From Octopus vulgaris (taxonomy: Eukaryota), in NCBI GenBank assembly GCA_951406725.2, contig OX597825.1:65658001-65722000 (forward strand): a stretch of 64,000 nt of DNA. Direction: 5' to 3'. A model generated the notes under the pieces. That model ran no database searches and was not told where the DNA came from. It saw only the letters and a list, made by a program, of their open reading frames with translations. The translations under genes were made by a program, and so were the position numbers. Positions 1 to 13,517 of this stretch are shown piece after piece; within the stretch, counting starts at the first letter, position 1; the number at the start of each line of letters is the position of its first letter.

Positions 1-90
1 ATATGCTCTGCATATGTTTCCTCTTTCCCAGTGTATACCATGTATACTTTTTTTTAAATTTTATTTATCATTTCATTACTATATGTAAGT

Positions 91-320
91 GGAGGTGTAA
101 TGGCCCAATGGTTAGGACAGCGGAGTCGTGGTCGTAGGATCATGGTTTCGATTCCCAGACTGGGCGTTCTCAGTGTTTATTGAGCAAAAACACTTAAATC
201 TCCACGTGGCTTCAGCAGGGGGTTCTGGCAAACCCAGCTCAACTCTTTCACCATAACATTCTCTCACACTTTATTCCTGTTTCTGTTGTACCTGTATTTC
301 AAAGGGTCAACCATGTCACA
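91..320 (+). mobile_element. tRNA-derived SINE (head and body)
   Basis: A-box-like TGGCCCAATGG and B-box-like GGTTTCGATTCCC at tRNA spacing, followed by a non-tRNA body. Confidence 0.6.
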
Positions 321-324
321 CTCT

Positions 325-452
325 GAGGTCAACTTTGCTTTTCACCCTTTTGAGGTCCATAAAATAAATGCTAGCTGAACACTGGGGCTGACATAATCAA
401 CTGACCTCTCCCCTACAATTCCTGGCTTTGTTCCATTAATACTAAGGATTAT
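325..452 (+). mobile_element. SINE family B, 3' fragment
   Basis: gaggtcaactttgcttttcacccttt...aaataa core shared with many copies in the window. Confidence 0.65.
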
Positions 453-529
453 TTAGCAATTAATAAAACGTTAAACAAAATGTTTAGTGATATATATTGC
501 AGTAGTTTATATGTTTGAGCTTAATTCTC

Positions 530-860
530 ACCATCACCACCAATATCCCCTCTACTAACATCACAACCACCAGCAACACCATAATTAGTACCATTATAGG
601 TGCCATCATCATCACTAACACCACCAGTGCTACCGTCATCACCACCACCACCACCATTATCAACACCACCACCACCACCATCACTGATATCACCAACACC
701 ACTCTCACCCATTACTAAAACCATAACTACCACACCCCTAACAAAATCATCACCCATCACTATCACCCCTACAGACACCTTCACACACTGCTACCACCCA
801 ATATCCACCAACATCACCATCATCAGCTTACATCCCGCTACCACCACCACCACTACTAGT
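530..860. repeat. degenerate (CAC/CAT)n low-complexity tract
   Basis: direct reading; source of the spurious Thr/Pro/His ORFs. Confidence 0.85.
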
Positions 861-1148
861 AGTACCAGAACCGGTACACCTTATCTGTACAGATTATCTT
901 TTCAAAGTAATAGCTATGAGAATATAGTGATATATAACATGTCTTCCATGAGATTGTTATTTAGATATGATATTTACTGATATCTCGCCTACCCAGACAG
1001 AATTTTTAATTGACTTAAATTACCCTTAACCTCTACTTACCAAATTATTTCTGCAGAAAATAATTAAATCAGGATTATTATGTTCATGTGTTTATGTATA
1101 TGTTCTGTGTATTCTACATGTGTGTGTGTGTGTATGTGTGCATGTGTT

Positions 1149-1325
<177 letters not shown>

Positions 1326-1446
1326 ATATATATTGATAAAACGGTAAGATAACAAAAGAAAGAAAGATACCTCAATATTATGTAAATAGAGGAAATTTAT
1401 CTATACAATATGTTACATTACTCGGTAGTCAAGATAAAACTCTGAG

Positions 1447-2103
1447 TTTACGCCCCCTTACTCACCCGAGGTGGCCTTCAATATAGGTAAATATTTCCTA
1501 GCACTGATAGATAGACATTTTCCAGTTAACCATACTTATAGGAAACTCTTCAATAGACACAATTTAAAAATTAGTTTTAGTTCAACTACCAATTTTAAAA
1601 ACATAATCAAACATAACATACAAAAAACACAAGAAGAGAACAGCTGTTCATGCAGAAATAAAGAATTGTGCCCGCTAAATGGAGCTTGCATGTCCAAGAC
1701 CATCATATATGAAGCTACCGTAAACTCTATAACCACTAAAGACACCGTTTCGACGAAGAAATACATGGGCCTTACAGAGGGTAATTTCAAGGCCAGGTTC
1801 AATAACCACACTTTGAGCTTTAGGCACTGGAACAAAAGAAAAGCGACACAATTATCCAATCATATTTGGTCTTTAAGAGATAAAGGTGTCGATTATAACA
1901 TACAATGGAAGATTTTGGCCAGATGTAAGCCCTATACTAACGGCAGCGGAAGGTGCGGTTTATGCGACATGGAGAGATGGCTTATCTGGAAAAGCAGCTT
2001 AGACCCTACTACATGTCTAAATACAAGGACAGAGCTTTTCGGATCATGCCCACATGTGACTAAATTTCTGTTACGTTTTTGGTCCCCTAAAGAAAACGGA
2101 TAG
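1447..2103 (+). CDS. C-terminal fragment of PLE polyprotein: linker plus GIY-YIG endonuclease (uninterrupted, 5'-truncated)
   Basis: Frame open from FTPPYSPEVAFNIGK through CSCRNKELCPLNGAC, IIY...YMG, FKAR, CGLCDMER and LNTRTELFGSCPH; matches the PLE C-terminal GIY-YIG pattern (probably Nematis-like, from recall). Confidence 0.88.
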   Translation, partial: FTPPYSPEVAFNIGKYFLALIDRHFPVNHTYRKLFNRHNLKISFSSTTNFKNIIKHNIQKTQEENSCSCRNKELCPLNGACMSKTIIYEATVNSITTKDTVSTKKYMGLTEGNFKARFNNHTLSFRHWNKRKATQLSNHIWSLRDKGVDYNIQWKILARCKPYTNGSGRCGLCDMERWLIWKSSLDPTTCLNTRTELFGSCPHVTKFLLRFWSPKENG

Positions 2104-2287
2104 AACATGCTTTCTGTGTTATGTCCCAAGAAGAATTTATATATTTTTATATATTTTTATGTATTTTTATATAATTTTTATGACGAAAAATGCGAGCGAT
2201 GTATAAGTACGCAGGCAAAGCAGAGTTATAACAGAGTAATTTCCCTTCATTTTTAACGGTATTTTTTCATAACGTTTTCGAATAGCC

Positions 2288-2340
2288 AGATAACCGAAGA
2301 GATGGTGTTGTGGATTTCCACTTCGGCATCTGAAACTCAG
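2288..2340 (+). ncRNA. minimal type I hammerhead ribozyme remnant (CCGAAGA core; cleavage-site strand deleted)
   Basis: AGAUAA-CCGAAGA-GAUG..CAUC-U-GAAA-CUCAG; the missing GAGUUUUAUCU is present in sister copies (inverted at about 1432-1449, direct at 49573-49583). Confidence 0.7.
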
Positions 2341-2370
2341 AAACTTGACCGAGTAATGTAACATATTGTA

Positions 2371-2466
<96 letters not shown>

Positions 2467-3014
2467 TGAACAGACCAATAAATAGAGAGATTGATAGACA
2501 GATAGACAGACGGACAGACAACATTAGTAGTTTATCAATTGATGCCCCAACATGGCCATACATGGGATAACTGTTTAGGAAATACCCTCATCGGTCAGCT
2601 CTATATGCAGGCAGACTGTTGTGCTGTGTGACTTCCTGAAAGTTATGCAAAATATGTGAGCAATATGTAATCCAGTTGAGCAAGCTTGAGGGAGGTTAAT
2701 GTCACATAACAATAGCAATAATATAAACTATATTATAGTATTTTATTATAAGTCAGTGAGTTGGCAGAACAATAGAGTATTGGAAGAAATGTTTACAGTT
2801 ACTTCACTTCACTCATTATGTTCTGAGTTGAAATTCTATTGAGATCAACATAATTTTTTTATATCATTCCGAGGCTAATATAATAAGTAACAGTTGAGTA
2901 GTAAAGTTTCTGTAAACAAATTGCCCCTTCCATCAGCACCTGGGTTTGTGCTGAAATAAAAAAGAATTATCATATTATATTTCATCATATTACATTATAT
3001 AATATAATATCATA

Positions 3015-3127
3015 TATTATATCATATTACATTATATTATATTATATTATATTATATTATATTATATTATATTATATTATATTATACTATATTATATTAT
3101 ATTATTATCATATTTATTGTATTAATA

Positions 3128-3170
<43 letters not shown>

Positions 3171-3261
3171 TGCATTCTGCAATAATGAGAATATTTCACA
3201 AAAATCATTTTGGGATGTTTTTGTTTTTTTGTTTTCGTAAAAGGTTAATATTTTCCTTTGA

Positions 3262-3335
<74 letters not shown>

Positions 3336-3371
3336 TATAATAATAACAATAAAATATAAATAATAATAATG

Positions 3372-3404
<33 letters not shown>

Positions 3405-3425
3405 TTGTTGATGATGATGATGAAA
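3015..3425. repeat. (ATTAT)n, (ATT)n and (AAT)n microsatellites
   Basis: direct reading. Confidence 0.9.
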
Positions 3426-4970
3426 AAAAATGAATAAATAAATCAAACTCTGATGTTGTTTCATCTTCATAAGTCATTAATTATTTTAATGTAATTAGGT
3501 AGCTTGGCAGTGATGATGTAACATTACAATAATAAAATGTTTTTGTTTTGTCTTTTAAAAAATTAGCATCAAAGTAATAATGTAGAATTGAAGAAGAAAA
3601 ATAATAACTTTAAAACTGGCAAAGTTTTAAATCAGTAGATTATCTATTTGGGTTCTTTATATATATATGTGTGTGTTTGTGTGTATGGCAAGTGTATGCC
3701 TGTATATATATATATATATATATATATACATACATATACAGAAAGAGATAGATAAAGATATATATCATCAGTTATTTACCTCTTCATATGTCTATGTATG
3801 TGTGTGTGTGTGTATATATATATATACATGTGTATTTGTGTGTGTGTGTGTGCATGTACCTATATTCACATATATACATATATAAATACATAGACATATA
3901 TGTATATACATACATATATCCAGCCATATATATATATATGGAAAATTGGATATTAAAATGATGATTGCACACACACACATACACACACACACATGCACAT
4001 GCACTCACACACATAGAGACACACACAAGCAAACACACAAATGCATATATCAGTAGGCATGACTGTATGTGTTTTGTACTTGTCTATGTTTGTCATTTGT
4101 GTGTGTGTATGTGTGTGTGCTAATGATTGTAAGTATATATTTATATATATCAATATATATGCATCTGTTAATATCTGAATACGTATACATGTATTGTGTG
4201 TCTGTGTGTTCTCATAATAGTACTTAGACATAATCAGACATAAATTTATTCCTGAGATATTTTTTTATTCTTTATTTCCCAAAATCAAGAAATTAAAGAG
4301 AAGTAATGTTGCCAAATGTAAGAAAATAAAATGGAAAAAAATACAGAAGAAAAATGAGTGATAAAAAGAAAGAAAGAAAGAAAGAAAGCATAGACAAGGT
4401 GAAGGAAAGAGAGAAAGGAAGTGAGGGGAAGCGAAAGAAGGAAAAAAAACGAAAGCGATGAAGTAAATGAGTGACGCAGAAACAATTTATCATCATAAAT
4501 ATATAATTGAAAATTCTAACTAAAAGAATTTATATAACAAAAAAATTAATAAATAAATAGATAAGACTCGAACATAGATACACTGCCATAGCTATTATTG
4601 CTGTTGTTGTATTTAGTCTTGTTGTTGTTGCTGTTGTTATGAAATAGCCCTAGGGTGGACCATATAATGAACAGTTGGTGTTTGCAGCATTTTCCTATAT
4701 GTCTGGACAACACTGAATAGATTATTTCTTTACATAATTCAATCGCATCTCATTATATATAAATGAGATGATGTGGTACAATATACATAATGACATTGTT
4801 GTCATTCATATCGATATATTTCACTGGCTTCTCTTTACATTGATTTTTTCAACATTCTAATGATTGATTATATATAATAAATATCAGAGAAGCATTGGGA
4901 TTGATGTAATATAATTGACTACAACACTTTCCCTAAAACCTATCTCTGACCTTGTACATATTTAAGAAAA

Positions 4971-5066
<96 letters not shown>

Positions 5067-5147
5067 ATATACATATATATATGTGTCAGTAAAAGATAAC
5101 AGATGAAAGACACACACACACATACATACACACTTATATAATGACTA

Positions 5148-5802
5148 ATTTCAATCGTTAGACTGTAGGAATGCTAGGATACCATATTGAAAGGTTATGA
5201 ATATACCTAGGATTTAATATTTCATTTTTTTTTAAACCTGATGCTCATTCTATCGGTTTATTTTGCCAAACTGCTAAGTTACAGGGATGCAAACAAACTA
5301 ACATCTGTTGTGTCAAACAGCAGTGGAGGACAAACACAGGCACAATGTCTCTCTCATGTCTCTCTCTGTCTCTCTCTCACACACACACACACATGTATGT
5401 ATGTATACATTACATATATGTATGTAAATATATGTGTATATGTGTGTGTGTGTGTGTATGTATATAAATAATAGGCTACTTTCAGTTTCCATCTACCAAA
5501 TCTACTCACAAGGCTTTGGGCAGCCTGAGACTATAATAGAAGACACTTTCCTAAGGTGCCACACAGTGGGACTGAACCTGGAACCTTGTCGCTGGGAAGC
5601 AAATTCCTTACCACACAACCACACCTATATTATATATATAGACATATGCTATGGGATTCTTTCAGCTTCCGTCTACCAAATCCACTCACAAGGCTTTGGT
5701 TGGCCTGAGGCTATAGTAGAAGACACTTGCCCAAAGTGTCATGCAGTGGAACTGAACCCAGAACCATGTGATTGAGAATCAAGCTTCTAACCACACAGCC
5801 AC
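5148..5802 (-). mobile_element. SINE family A (tRNA-derived, CORE-like): one long copy plus a second head
   Basis: reverse complement of ggctgtgtggtaag...gggttcagtcccact...cttgggcaagtgtcttctactatagcc...ggaaactgaaag. Confidence 0.8.
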
Positions 5803-6500
5803 TTATATAAATAAATAAATATATATATATATATATAAATGGGTATTCCAAGATGAGGATTTAGAGCACGGTATCACTATCACAGCAAGCTCTTCTTATG
5901 GACTCTGCTAACAGCCACATAGCAATCAATTACAAGGTAGTGTAATGTCAAACATCCATGTAAATGAAAATCCAGAAAATCCAAGGTATAAAATCATTCT
6001 GTAAGGAGCATATCAAAGCATAAAAGTCAAGAAATTTGAGATATAAATATATATTGATTTAAGTATGTGACATCCATAAGATTATGGACATTTTGCAACC
6101 TACTTCATGTAGTATGAATTTCAGTATGGGAGAAATTATGCATATATGTTTGCATTAATATGTATGCTTTGAGCTATGCAGCACAATTGTATATTCACAA
6201 ATTATTACAAATAAAGAAAAGCTAGCTCATCAGATCACCAGCACACCATGGTTAAATCAACGTTTAAACACATTTTCTTTTTCTTCATAAATACATATAC
6301 ATATATATTAATACATATATATCTGTATTTATCTTTATATATACATATATATATATATATATCTTCATATATATGTATACATACATATATTTACATATCT
6401 TTATATATATGTGTGAGTGTGTATGTATATATATGATGTATATATCTTTATATAAATATATGCATGGAAGATGAATGTTAAACGATGATGATGCCTCTAT

Positions 6501-6539
<39 letters not shown>

Positions 6540-6597
6540 AATATATATATATATTTATGTATATATATATTTATGTATATATATATTTATGTATATA

Positions 6598-6679
<82 letters not shown>

Positions 6680-6719
6680 TGTATGTTTATGTACATATAT
6701 ATGTGTGTGTGTGTGAATG

Positions 6720-6771
<52 letters not shown>

Positions 6772-7199
6772 TTGGCTGATCATGCCTTTAAAGCACGACA
6801 TCCAAAGAAGTGAATGGATTATCGGAACATTACTACATATTTCCATATATTATGACATGCCTTTCATAACATTGTATGAACTGCATAACAACTGTGTGAG
6901 ATATGAAATAAATGATATCATCCATTTATGGAAATGATTGTTATGTCAATTTGACTTCTCTTTTTCTCATTTAAATTATTACCCCTTATTATTCACTCTG
7001 TGGTGGTGTGGAGGAGAGGGCATATTTTAAGCCTGCTAGATCCCCTCTTGAAGTTATGTAGTGCTCCCTTAAGTATCAATTGAAGTCTTAGAGATCTCCT
7101 TATGATTTTGGAACACTACGCTATCCACAATGCTAGATTATGTGTTAATGAGGTAATGGTAACGATTATAATTATCATCTCAATTTATATATCTTTTAT

Positions 7200-7425
7200 C
7201 TTTACTTGTGTCAGTCATACATATTTGACTGCGGCCATGCTGGGGCACCACCTTGAAGTATTTATAGCCGAATGTATTGACCCCAGTACTCTTTTTCTTT
7301 TTCTTTTTTTTAAACCTGGTACTTATTCTATCGAGTACTTTTGCTGAACCGCTAAGTTACAAAGATGTAAACACACTAACACTGGTTTGGCAAGCAGTGG
7401 TGAGGGTGACAAACACAGACACAAA

Positions 7426-7478
<53 letters not shown>

Positions 7479-7588
7479 GATGGGCTTCTTTCAGTTTCCA
7501 TCTACCAAATCCACACACAAGGCTTTGGGGGCCCTGAGGTTATAGTAGAAGACACTTGCCCAAGAAACCATACAGTGGAACTGAACCC
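7200..7588 (-). mobile_element. SINE family A
   Basis: same family motifs with an internal (CA)n. Confidence 0.8.
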
Positions 7589-8162
7589 TGATTGATATAG
7601 ATACAGAGGAGTTTTTTGATAGTTTACTGGCAGAAGTTACTGAGTGGCTCAAGGGGAGAGAGTTTTGTAAAGTGACACTTAGCAAACCAGTTTGAAAATA
7701 TGGGGATTACATTAATATCACCAAAACCAGATAGAGAGACAGACAAATAGATAGAATAATAGATAGATGGATAGATAGATAGCTAGAAAGACAAATAGAT
7801 AGAATAATAGATAGATAGATAAATAGATAGATAGATAGATACATGGATGGATTGACAGTTAGGTAGATAGGTAGTTAGATATACATACATTCAGATACAT
7901 ACACTCACAGACAGACAGACAGACAGACAGACACCCACACACACACACACACTCACACATGCACATCCAAAATCTGCCTTGATGAATTCCATCTGACCTA
8001 CACACGGGGGTGGGGGTGAAGGAGAGGGGGATAATGATGATGATGAAGACATCTCACTGGCTTCCGCACAACTTAAAGAGTGTTAAACAGGTTGCAGTTT
8101 TCTCTCATTGCCTCAGATTGTGTAGGTGTGGTAAACAGGCAACACTTCTCTAAGGTGTGTCA

Positions 8163-8215
<53 letters not shown>

Positions 8216-8341
8216 TGTGTGTGTGTGTACGCACACATAGATATAAGTATGTGTGTGTATACATACATATATATACATACCTATATGTATATGTGTATGT
8301 ATGTATATATATATATATATGTATGTATATGTATAGATGTG

Positions 8342-8392
<51 letters not shown>

Positions 8393-8900
8393 TTTTGTGT
8401 ATGTGTACCAGTGCATGTCTCATTTCTTCCCAAGAGAACAATTTAAGCCTCTTCTCAACAATTTGATCCTGCCAGCTTCTGCTGACTAGGTTATGAGAAA
8501 TAAATAACATATCTTGAGTTAACGAGCAAGTGCCTTTATGGTCTTCTGCAACTGCTGGAAATAACAGCCAAATTTGTTACAAATCACATACTGTTATTTA
8601 AAGGAAAAAGTGGATTGGATGGTGACCTAGGACTTAACAATTACAACAACCAGAGAAGCCTTTTGAATAGCATGTCTGATTCAGAGTGATACTTGACATT
8701 CTAACCTTGTTCATCTTCAATTTATAAATTCCATCATACAATTATTGTTATTATTATATTTATCCTACATTATATCGGTATAACCATGAAGCAACCCTCA
8801 AAACTGACTCAGTAGTCAGTACCATTAGACAGAATAGGAATTTTATTTAAATACCTCCTAATGTTACCATAAACATATTTAAAAGATATAAATGTATATG

Positions 8901-8940
<40 letters not shown>

Positions 8941-8942
<2 letters not shown>

Positions 8943-9196
8943 GTAAAGTATAGAAGCCATCTTATCATGGCTAACCACATTGGGGAGGGGGTGTTACTGT
9001 AGCTTTATAGCCCCAAGAGGTCGTCGTCTCTAGCTGGCTTTAGACACAATATCAGTGCACTTGGAGTATTTGCAAAGGGAGGCCATCCCTTCCTCGCAAG
9101 CCTGAGTGATACGCTCAAACTAGTTTCGGGATTGTTGTCCCTCGTCAACGGGCGGTAGCCACCAGGTTGCGATGAAAGTGAAGGCTGCTTTGCAAA
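8941..9196 (-). mobile_element. PLE pseudo-LTR-like fragment with HHR, between TA tracts
   Basis: contains the HHR motif at 9112-9154; TA-flanked. Confidence 0.6.
9112..9154 (-). ncRNA. minimal type I hammerhead ribozyme (C3U in this copy)
   Basis: CGCCCG-UUGACGA-GGGA(CAACAA)UCCC-GAAAC-UA-GU-U-UGAGCG; 4-bp stem II, palindromic ACUAGU stem III. Confidence 0.75.
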
Positions 9197-9231
9197 TATA
9201 TATAAGTTTTTCTAGTGGCGTCTGCCACTGA

Positions 9232-9404
9232 TGTGTCTGGGGAGAGTCATTTTCTTTTTGTGCCTTATAATTTAGCACACTCACCGGTAAAATTTCCACT
9301 TATGTCTTATGTTAGGAAAATAAAAATAAGAAATAAGTGGAAATTTTACTAGTGAGTGTGTTAAATTATAAAGCGCAAAAAGAAAATGACTCTCCCCAGA
9401 CACA
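9232..9404. repeat. long inverted repeat (about 79-bp arms)
   Basis: tgtgtctggggagagtcattttc... pairs with ...gaaaatgactctccccagacaca. Confidence 0.9.
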
Positions 9405-9477
9405 ACAGAATATGCTTCAACACACGAACTCATATAAAGAATCTTGCAAACCAAATCCAAAAACAATATATATATAT

Positions 9478-9640
9478 ACCAAAGTATTCACATAAATGTG
9501 AAACAACGTGGGAAAAATAGTACTCGAATCCTGGAGGTAGAATAATATGATTTATTATTATTAAAACTGCAAAAACATCACAAAATATCACAAAAAATCT
9601 GCTACTCTGAGTTTCATACTCCCATTCATCAGACAGTTTA
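9478..9640 (-). mobile_element. PLE pseudo-LTR-like unit (same family as 45611-45786)
   Basis: cacataaatgtgaaacaa...gtactc and tactctgagtttc are shared in reverse with 45663-45786. Confidence 0.7.
9599..9636 (-). ncRNA. minimal type I hammerhead ribozyme, canonical core
   Basis: CUGU-CUGAUGA-AUG(GGAG)UAU-GAAA-CUC-A-GAG-U-A-GCAG; all core nucleotides present, GUA cleavage triplet. Confidence 0.8.
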
Positions 9641-9666
9641 GACTTAGAATATCTATATGTATGTAT

Positions 9667-9819
9667 GACAGGCTACTTTCAGTTTCTGTCTACCAAATCC
9701 ACTCACTTGCCTTTGGTTGGTCTAATGGTTTAGATGACACTTTCCCAAGGGGCCACGCAGTGGGACTGGACTAACAACCATGTGGTTGGGAAGCAGGCTT
9801 CTTACCACAGAGTCATGCT
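9667..9819 (-). mobile_element. SINE family A head
   Basis: family motifs. Confidence 0.75.
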
Positions 9820-10935
9820 TTGATAAATGAGATCTTAAAATTTCCATAATATAGCACATCCTTGGTAGATATCAGTTGTTAATTGGGGGAGACACAAAAC
9901 TATAAAACTTGGTTGATACCAGTGATTAATTGAGGAAGAGACAAAGCAATAGTAGACAGTACTTGCATAAGAAGTGACCCAAAAGTATAGAACCTGGGAC
10001 CCCTTAATTGCAAAGCCAACTTTTTCATCATTCAGCTATGCTGAATCCATATAGGGTCTAAACAACAGCAACAATAATAAAGTCAAGTTTTGAGGGCGTA
10101 GATCTTAAAATTCCCATTACAGTTTTTAAAAACGCTCAATTGGTCCATAGTGTAAGCACATCCTTCCCTTACACCAGTTGCTAATTAGGGGAACAATTTC
10201 CTTCACAAATAAATTATAGAGTATTATATTTCAATCTAATTATATCATAATCTAATTCGTTATTTCATGTATGCTACCTTTATAAACATTTGATGGGTAT
10301 CTTTACATTAATGAGTGTCTCGTGTTTAGTTAACTTCAGCAGACTGAATAAAACTCGTTAATGACTTCTCTGAAGAGCAAAATACCAAGAGGATGTTAAT
10401 TGCGACCATATGTGCCAATATTCCCCAAAGTAAAGCCTCACCATTTTACCGCCAGATCCTTCCTCACTCTCTCTCAATAATACCTTCTCTCTCACCTTTT
10501 CTCTATCTCTCTCTCCCACACACACTCTACTCATCCTCTAACTCTCTCTCTCTCTCTCTCTCCCCCTCTTTCACACACACTCTTATCTTCCTCTCTTTCT
10601 CTCTGCTATATAATCCTACTCCCAGCTTCTCATAATCTGCTTAAGTGATGGTTTTGTTCTGCAAGATAGGATTTTCAAGTTGCTACTTATCAAACCACAG
10701 GTTATTCATTATGCATAAGATATACACATACACACACACACACTCACACACAAATACACACACACATGTGTGTATCATATTAGATATATATATATAAAGG
10801 TAAACACTAAACACATATGTACACACACATTCATACACATGTACACAAACATGCATATAAACATATACGTTAATATAGAGCTATATATATATATATATAT
10901 ATATACATATATAAATACATATATATATGCATATA

Positions 10936-11004
<69 letters not shown>

Positions 11005-11030
11005 GTGTGTGTATGTGTGTCTGTGTGTGT

Positions 11031-11090
<60 letters not shown>

Positions 11091-11538
11091 CTATCTATCT
11101 ATCTGTCTATATATATATATATATATATCAGGGACAGCCACCTGGGTAGGCAAAGGAGGCAGTGCCTACCCAGAATAAAATACATCGATAGTAACATTTT
11201 CTTTTTATGGCAAAATATGCACCTAATTCAATAAAATTATGAAGGTTATTTTGATTATTCTGAACAAAATGGAAAATGTTTTATTGTTTTGTAGATTAGG
11301 TAGGCATAATTCACCTCTGCCTTTCAATCTTAGTATTTAAGCTATGCATTGCACTGCTGTAGTACACATGCTGCATACATTCCTACAACAATGTTTTCTT
11401 TACATGCTATAAAGGCAGAAGTAAATTTGCTTCCAACTCAGTCACGCACCTGTGTTTCAATTATTTTATTTTTGTGCTGTACTGCATAAACATCACCAAT
11501 TGCTTACCCTGAATAATTACTCACGACATGTGACTGAT

Positions 11539-11595
<57 letters not shown>

Positions 11596-11984
11596 ACAGG
11601 CATCTTTCAGTTTCTGTCTATTAAATCCAGTCATAAGGTTTTTGGTTGGCCTGAGTCCTGAGCAGCACACATGTGCCCCAGGTACCACACGGTGGGATTG
11701 GACTTTGAATCACTTTATTGGGAAGCAAAATTATTACCATACAGTCAAACTTGCCACATAAGAACTTAATACACGACAGAGGGAAATCTATTGTTTGTTA
11801 CTGAACCTATCTTTGGGGTCTTGGCAACAAATTAAAAGAGAAACTAACTAAGAGTTTGTTCCTCTTAGTCCTTGCTCTGAAGTGGTTAGCAATGGGGAGA
11901 GCATCCAGTCGTAAAATCCATGCCAGAAACATAACATATATAATGACAATGGTGCTTTTCCTTTATCCACTGTTTTAAATATCA

Positions 11985-12233
11985 TCATCATCATCATCAG
12001 CATCATTTAGCGTCCGCTTTCCATGCTAGCATGGGTTGGACGGTTCAACTGGGGGCTGGGAGGCCAGAAGGCTGCACCAGGCCCAGTCTGATCTGGCAAT
12101 GCTTCTACGGCTGGATGCCCTTCCTAACGCCAACCACTCCGTGAGTGTAGTGGGTGCTTTTTACGTGCCACCAGCATAGGTGCCTGATGGGGCTGGCAAA
12201 CGGCCACGGACGGATGGGGCTTTTTACATGCCA
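11985..12233 (-). mobile_element. SINE-like family C with (TGA)n tail (RTE-type 3' end)
   Basis: reverse complement of ttggcgttaggaagggcatccagccgtagaa...cccatgctagcatggaaagcggacg(tga)n. Confidence 0.8.
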
Positions 12234-12627
12234 CATATATATATATATACATATTGAATTTTTCACTGTAAGTTTGGAATAATATTCCCTCATATTATTA
12301 TTATTATATATATATATATATTGATAGATAGATACACATAGGTAAGTTTGTATACATATGTGATGACAAGTACAAGATTTCTTTTTCCTCTTTTCATCCT
12401 TTTACATTTCTTATTTATGTATTTGCTTATTAAATGCTATAATGGGAAAACTTTTTGAATTATCCACATGACATTATTATAACTTGTTCTAGAACATTCT
12501 ATAGGGAAAAATATTTATTTATTAACAGTTATATAAATGCACAGGCCTTCACCTAGTGACTAGTTTGATAAGTGCCAATGCATCAAACTCTTCAACCTTC
12601 AGTCACACTGCTACTTCTGCCAAATAT

Positions 12628-12785
12628 GGTTGTGTGGTAAGTAGCTTGCTTACCACTTACCAACCACATGGTTCTGGGTTCAGTCCCACTGCACGGCACA
12701 TTGAGCAAGTGTCTTCTACTATAGCCTTGGGCAAACCGAAACCTTGTGAGTGGATTTGGTAAACAGAAACTGAAAGAAGCCTCTC

Positions 12786-12826
<41 letters not shown>

Positions 12827-12870
12827 TGTGTGTCAGTGTTTGTTCCTCCACCATCGCTTGGCAACTGATG
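12628..12870 (+). mobile_element. SINE family A
   Basis: family motifs. Confidence 0.8.
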
Positions 12871-13092
12871 TTTCAAAGAGGCCATATTTTTAAGATGCCA
12901 TAGGCCAACAGGTCTTAGGGTCTAAAGATACACCATAAAGGTACCCTTTATGCTGAGAAAATGAGGGTAACTCTATAAACCAGCCTTCACCAGTAGTATA
13001 TATAAATAAATACATATATATGTATATATAATTATATAGTAATATATATAGACAAATATATATATATATATGTGAGTGTGCATGTATGTATG

Positions 13093-13154
<62 letters not shown>

Positions 13155-13281
13155 AATATACATTTATGTATATAGTAATATATAAATGCATTTTAGTATA
13201 CACATAAACACAAATACGTATTTACTAAAATACATATATGCATACATGCACACATACACATGGACACATATATATACATAT

Positions 13282-13462
13282 AGATCGCTAGCCACTAAAT
13301 CTTTTTCTATTTTCTCTCCCTGTTTATTTCTGTGTTCCTTTCTGTCGAAGAGCGTAGGCTCGAAACATAAAAGACTTTCTCACTTCCCGAGCATTAAAAT
13401 AATACATCTGTTTGTTGTTTACACACCCGTCTTTGTCTTTTGTTGTTTTGTAAATTCTCACT

Positions 13463-13463
<1 letters not shown>
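13282..13463 (+). mobile_element. about 180-bp HHR-bearing non-autonomous unit (solo pLTR or retrozyme-like)
   Basis: second copy with the same ends at 55047-55225; both flanked by TA/CA microsatellite. Confidence 0.75.
13338..13373 (+). ncRNA. minimal hammerhead-like motif with CUGUCGA core (A6U)
   Basis: CUUU-CUGUCGA-A-GAGC(GUAG)GCUC-GAAAC-AU-A-AAAG. Confidence 0.65.

Positions 13464-13517
<54 letters not shown>

Noticed and set aside
91-165. tRNA-like sequences here and at about 26590-26660
   Set aside because: They continue into SINE bodies and lack a proper cloverleaf, so they are SINE heads rather than tRNA genes.
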